Shown here: positions 60,661-64,000 of the stretch, piece by piece
Numbering within the stretch: position 1 is the first letter of the stretch
How the letters are laid out: the number at the start of each line of letters is the position of its first letter
DNA from: an uncultured Verrucomicrobiae bacterium
Lineage (GTDB): Bacteria > Verrucomicrobiota > Verrucomicrobiia > Chthoniobacterales > UBA10450
Assembly (NCBI GenBank): GCA_963801815.1
Contig: CAWDGJ010000002.1
Span: 128,001-192,000 of the forward strand
DNA length: 64,000 bases
Reading direction: 5' to 3'
Notes under the pieces: model-generated
What the model was told of the DNA's origin: nothing
Database searches by the model: none
What the model saw: only the letters and a program-made list of their open reading frames with translations
Program-made: the position numbers and the translations under genes

Positions 60661-61512
60661 ATGCTAACGGTACTTTTTCTCGGAGACATTGTCGGCGAGC
60701 CCGGCCGTAACGCGGTCATCTCCCGGCTTCCGGAATTTAAGGAACAGCATGCGATCGATTTCATTGTCGTAAACGGTGAAAACGCGGCCGGCGGACGCGG
60801 CATCACCGGAAAAATCACAATCGACCTCCTGCGCGCCGGTGTGGCCGTAGTGACAACCGGCGATCACGTTTGGGACCAGAAGGATATTTTGTCCTTCATC
60901 GAGACGGAACCGCGTTTGTTGCGACCGGTGAATTACCCGGCTGGAGCGCCCGGCAACGGATCGATCGTCCTCGAAACGGCGAAAGGCAAAGTGGGCGTGA
61001 TCAACGTTCAGTGCCGCACATTCATGCAGCCAATTCTGGACAACCCGTTTCGCGCGGTAGAAGAGACCGTTACGAAAATGCGCGACGAAACGCCGAACAT
61101 TATTGTCGATGTTCATGGTGAAACCACGAGCGAGAAAATCGCGATGGGTCGCTTTCTCGACGGCAAAGTTTCCGCCGTCCTCGGCACCCACACGCATGTT
61201 CAAACGGCGGACGAACAAATTTTGCCCGGCGGCACCGCGTTTCTGTGCGACGCCGGAATGTGCGGACCCGTCAACTCCATTCTCGGACGCACAATCGAAC
61301 CGATCATGAACCGGTTCGTCTCGAATTTGCCCGCGTCATTTCCGGTCGCTGCCGGCGAAGTCCGTCTGCACGGCGCCTTGCTCGAGATTGATGAGAAAAC
61401 CGGACGCGCTTTGAAAATTAGCCGAATTGACGAACCCAGCCCCGCCCAGGGAACAGCCGAGCCGGAACCGAAAATCGACATCGAGCACGCGCCCACCCCG
61501 GAACAGACCTAG
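60661..61512 (+). CDS. ymdB: TIGR00282/YmdB metallophosphoesterase
   Basis: GDIVG, NGENAAGG, HGETTSEK, GTHTHVQTAD. Confidence 0.92.
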   Translation: MLTVLFLGDIVGEPGRNAVISRLPEFKEQHAIDFIVVNGENAAGGRGITGKITIDLLRAGVAVVTTGDHVWDQKDILSFIETEPRLLRPVNYPAGAPGNGSIVLETAKGKVGVINVQCRTFMQPILDNPFRAVEETVTKMRDETPNIIVDVHGETTSEKIAMGRFLDGKVSAVLGTHTHVQTADEQILPGGTAFLCDAGMCGPVNSILGRTIEPIMNRFVSNLPASFPVAAGEVRLHGALLEIDEKTGRALKISRIDEPSPAQGTAEPEPKIDIEHAPTPEQT

Positions 61513-61588
61513 GCAAGCACGTCCGAGTGAGATTTGTGATCGCCAATTTTGAATCGTTTAGTCAATCTAACCGTCAACCTCGTTAACC

Positions 61589-62197
61589 ATGAAAACACTG
61601 TTTGCTCTCTGCCTCTTCACCACACTGGGACTGTCGATTGCGCCGGCTGCTCAACAGGGAGGAAGTCCCGAAGCGGCCAAAATTGCCCGCGAGGGATCGC
61701 AGGCTGCGAAAGATCAGGATTGGGACAAAGCCATAGAAAAGTATCGCAAAGCTTCGGAGATGGATCGCAAATTCACGGCGAGTCTGGCACTGGCCTACCA
61801 GCAAAGGGCCTACTCCTACGCTAAAGATCAGCGATTCCAGGATGCTCTGAACGATTTGAACGAAGCAATTAAAATTAAACCTGACGCACGTACCTACGAA
61901 CAGCGCGGCGCAATCGAAAGGGGCATCGATGACTACGATAAAGCCCTGGCCGATTTTGCCGAAGCGAGCAAGCTCAATCCCGGCGAAATCAAATATCATA
62001 ATTATCGGGCCTACATTTACGAAACCCGTGGCGATCTCCAGAACGCGATGGCGGAGAATGATGCTGCGCTGAAGATCAATTCGAAGAACAAGGAAGCAAT
62101 CGACCGAAAAGCGCGCCTGCAAAAGATTCAGCAGGCAAATTCCGTCCAACCGCCTCTAAATGCGCCGCCGGTGACACCACCGCCGAAAAAGCGGTGA
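61589..62197 (+). CDS. Secreted TPR protein
   Basis: Signal peptide, about four TPR repeats. Confidence 0.85.
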   Translation: MKTLFALCLFTTLGLSIAPAAQQGGSPEAAKIAREGSQAAKDQDWDKAIEKYRKASEMDRKFTASLALAYQQRAYSYAKDQRFQDALNDLNEAIKIKPDARTYEQRGAIERGIDDYDKALADFAEASKLNPGEIKYHNYRAYIYETRGDLQNAMAENDAALKINSKNKEAIDRKARLQKIQQANSVQPPLNAPPVTPPPKKR

Positions 62198-62221
62198 GCT
62201 AGATTCCAGGCCTGACGTTTG

Positions 62222-62815
62222 TCAGGATTTGCTGCCGTTCTGAGAATCGGTAGACACAGCCGCTGTTTCTTCTTTAGGGGGCGGCGGGAATTTACGTTTG
62301 CGGCGGTTCGCCGGCAATGGTGTTAACGTCATCGTGATATTGCGTCCGGCCATTTTCGGTTCCATCTCCACCTGCGACATTCCCGAAAGATCGTCCCGCA
62401 CTTTTGCCATGAGCTGCATGCCGAACTCCTGGTGTGCCATCTCGCGGCCGCGAAATTGAAGTTGCACTCGGACCTTGTTGCCGCGCTCGAGAAATTCTTC
62501 GCCGTGCCGCACCTTCGTGAGGTAATCGTGGTCGTCGATGTTGACCCGGAACTTGATCTCTTTCAGCTTTGCGCCGCTGGGCTTTTTGTCTTTGTCGTGC
62601 TTGGAAAGGTCGTAACGGAATTTTCCGAGCGAAACAATTTTGCAGACAGGCGGATTGGCAGTCGGCGCAACCTCCACCAGATCAAGCCCCAGGCCTTGCG
62701 CTTCGCGCAAGGCGTCGGACAATTTCATGACGCCCAGCTGTTGGCCGCTTGCTCCCATAATGACCCGGACTTCGCGAGCGCGAATGCGGCCGTTTACACG
62801 AATTTGTGGTTGCAG
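62222..62815 (-). CDS. infC: Translation initiation factor IF-3, non-canonical start (CTG 62815 or ATT 62803)
   Basis: IRVNGRIRAREVRVI, LDLVEVAP, PPVCKI, KEIKFR, FRGRE; in-frame TAA three codons upstream of the CTG. Confidence 0.95.
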   Translation of the reverse strand: MQPQIRVNGRIRAREVRVIMGASGQQLGVMKLSDALREAQGLGLDLVEVAPTANPPVCKIVSLGKFRYDLSKHDKDKKPSGAKLKEIKFRVNIDDHDYLTKVRHGEEFLERGNKVRVQLQFRGREMAHQEFGMQLMAKVRDDLSGMSQVEMEPKMAGRNITMTLTPLPANRRKRKFPPPPKEETAAVSTDSQNGSKS

Positions 62816-63141
62816 ATTACTTTAGTCTCCTAATCCGCGAGATGGGAGTGCGCCATTTCGCCGGTATTTCAATCGTCGCATTTGATCGACATTCGCCTTC
62901 GCGAATCTCGATGCACTCACTTCGCCTCGGCTGCGAGGACCGCGGCAAAGGGCCCGCGTCATCGATCACGAGCCGAAGGGAAGATGTAGGCAACATTTTG
63001 ATGCTGGCAAGATAAATCGAAGCAACTAACGCGCCGACGCGTTTAGGCACGAACCAGCGGTTCCAACCGCACAATCTGCAAGGGAGCTACTCAATCGTAA
63101 TGATGGGGAATATCCAGGGTGATTTCCAATTTAAATCGCTT

Positions 63142-63801
63142 CTACTTTGCCGGCGGATCGCCGAAATGCGCTTTGTGCGTAACGTAGAACGCCGCGTCGT
63201 CAATCATGCTGGCGATTGTTGAGACAATCGGCTCCAGTCTTACAACACCTGAGAAAACCGCGCGGTCCCCGATATCCGTGTCCACGACGAACGTTGGTCG
63301 CTGCGTAACCTGCATCGCGTGAAATTCCGCGGTCGATTCACGGAGGCGCTTTTCCACGACCGGTGATCGCGCCGCATCGAACAACTTTTTCTTATCTAAC
63401 TTGCCTGCCTTTGCCCCAATCTCGGCGCAAACAGTCCAGTCGCCCACTTTTTTCCCCTCGCGCAGCGCCGCATAACTTAACGCGAGCCGGACGCGATCGT
63501 CGCTGATCCCAAAATCCTTGGCCGCTTCGGCAACCGCGTTTGGCGGCAACCACTCCTTCAGGCGCGCGTCGTACCAGTCGGTGTTAAGCATGAAGGGCGA
63601 GCGCATCAACATCCCGCTGCGGCGATAAAACCATTGCTCCTGCTCGCGCGACGTTGGCAGACCGCTCGGGTCCATCAACGCGATTTTCCACTGAAAGGCA
63701 ACGTGACCGTCGTAACGCCTTTTCAATTCGGCCCAGGTCGGCTCGGACCAAAAGCACCAGGATGAAACAACATCGAGATAATCGGTAACGGTGATTCTCA
63801 T
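63142..63801 (-). CDS. DsbA/FrnE-like thioredoxin-fold protein (SxxC variant)
   Basis: YLDVVSSWCFW, QRPTFVV cis-Pro region. Confidence 0.75.
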   Translation of the reverse strand: MRITVTDYLDVVSSWCFWSEPTWAELKRRYDGHVAFQWKIALMDPSGLPTSREQEQWFYRRSGMLMRSPFMLNTDWYDARLKEWLPPNAVAEAAKDFGISDDRVRLALSYAALREGKKVGDWTVCAEIGAKAGKLDKKKLFDAARSPVVEKRLRESTAEFHAMQVTQRPTFVVDTDIGDRAVFSGVVRLEPIVSTIASMIDDAAFYVTHKAHFGDPPAK

Positions 63802-63818
63802 GCTCGAATGTGAAAGGC

Positions 63819-63901
63819 GTTATAAAAGTTACAAGGTTAAACGGAGAAGCGAAGGAGAATGACACGGAAGTTGTAACGATGTAACACTCTTAACTCTTAA
63901 C
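63819..63901. repeat. Low-complexity GTTA/TAAC palindromic repeat
   Basis: GTTATAAAAGTTACAAGGTTA mirrored by GTAACGATGTAACACTCTTAACTCTTAAC. Confidence 0.5.
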
Positions 63902-63908
63902 CAACACC

Positions 63909-64000
63909 GTGGACCTGAATCATTTTTTTCTTTTCATCGCGGTGGTTTCGCCACTGGTCGTGCTCGCGAGTGCATGGCGGCCCGGTGGAATTTTTCGCGG
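63909..64000 (+). CDS. 5' fragment of a membrane protein (runs off window)
   Basis: GTG-DLNHFFLFIAVVSPLVVLASAW hydrophobic open frame. Confidence 0.45.
   Translation, partial: MDLNHFFLFIAVVSPLVVLASAWRPGGIFR

Noticed and set aside
62832..63141. tRNA upstream of infC
   Set aside because: No cloverleaf with a properly placed T-arm and acceptor stem was found on either strand.

Overview
This is a 64 kb gene-dense, moderately GC-rich bacterial chromosomal segment. Gene style and families suggest soil Verrucomicrobiota, Chthoniobacterales/'Ca. Udaeobacter'-like (an inference, not database-checked). It holds housekeeping genes (cbs, rpsA, thrC, asnS, speA, lysS, nnr, uvrB, holA, aroB, ymdB, infC), envelope genes (MBOAT plus an SGNH-like partner, two Amidase_3 proteins, a BNR/sialidase-fold protein with PT linkers) and signalling genes (ECF sigma, 3xPAS kinase with two NarL regulators, cyclase-TPR proteins). 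The most notable locus is a ~10 kb metal-homeostasis island at 29.8-39.5 kb. It starts with a small DUF2946/CruR-like leader ORF ending in an arrest-peptide-like 'HAPP' motif directly upstream of a TonB-dependent receptor. It continues with DmeF and CzcD CDF pumps, a beta-barrel protein, a ZnuA/ZnuB pair with no ATPase, and a His-rich Ni/Co-type transporter. Intergenic space carries several dispersed palindromic REP/REPIN-like families, including five copies of an 86-90 bp GGTGGATCG...CGATCCACC element. infC must use a non-canonical start (probably CTG), and several genes look leaderless. About ten genes, including essential rpsA and lysS, are frameshifted, most likely through sequencing or consensus errors. 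I found no rRNA, tRNA, CRISPR array, transposase or prophage.
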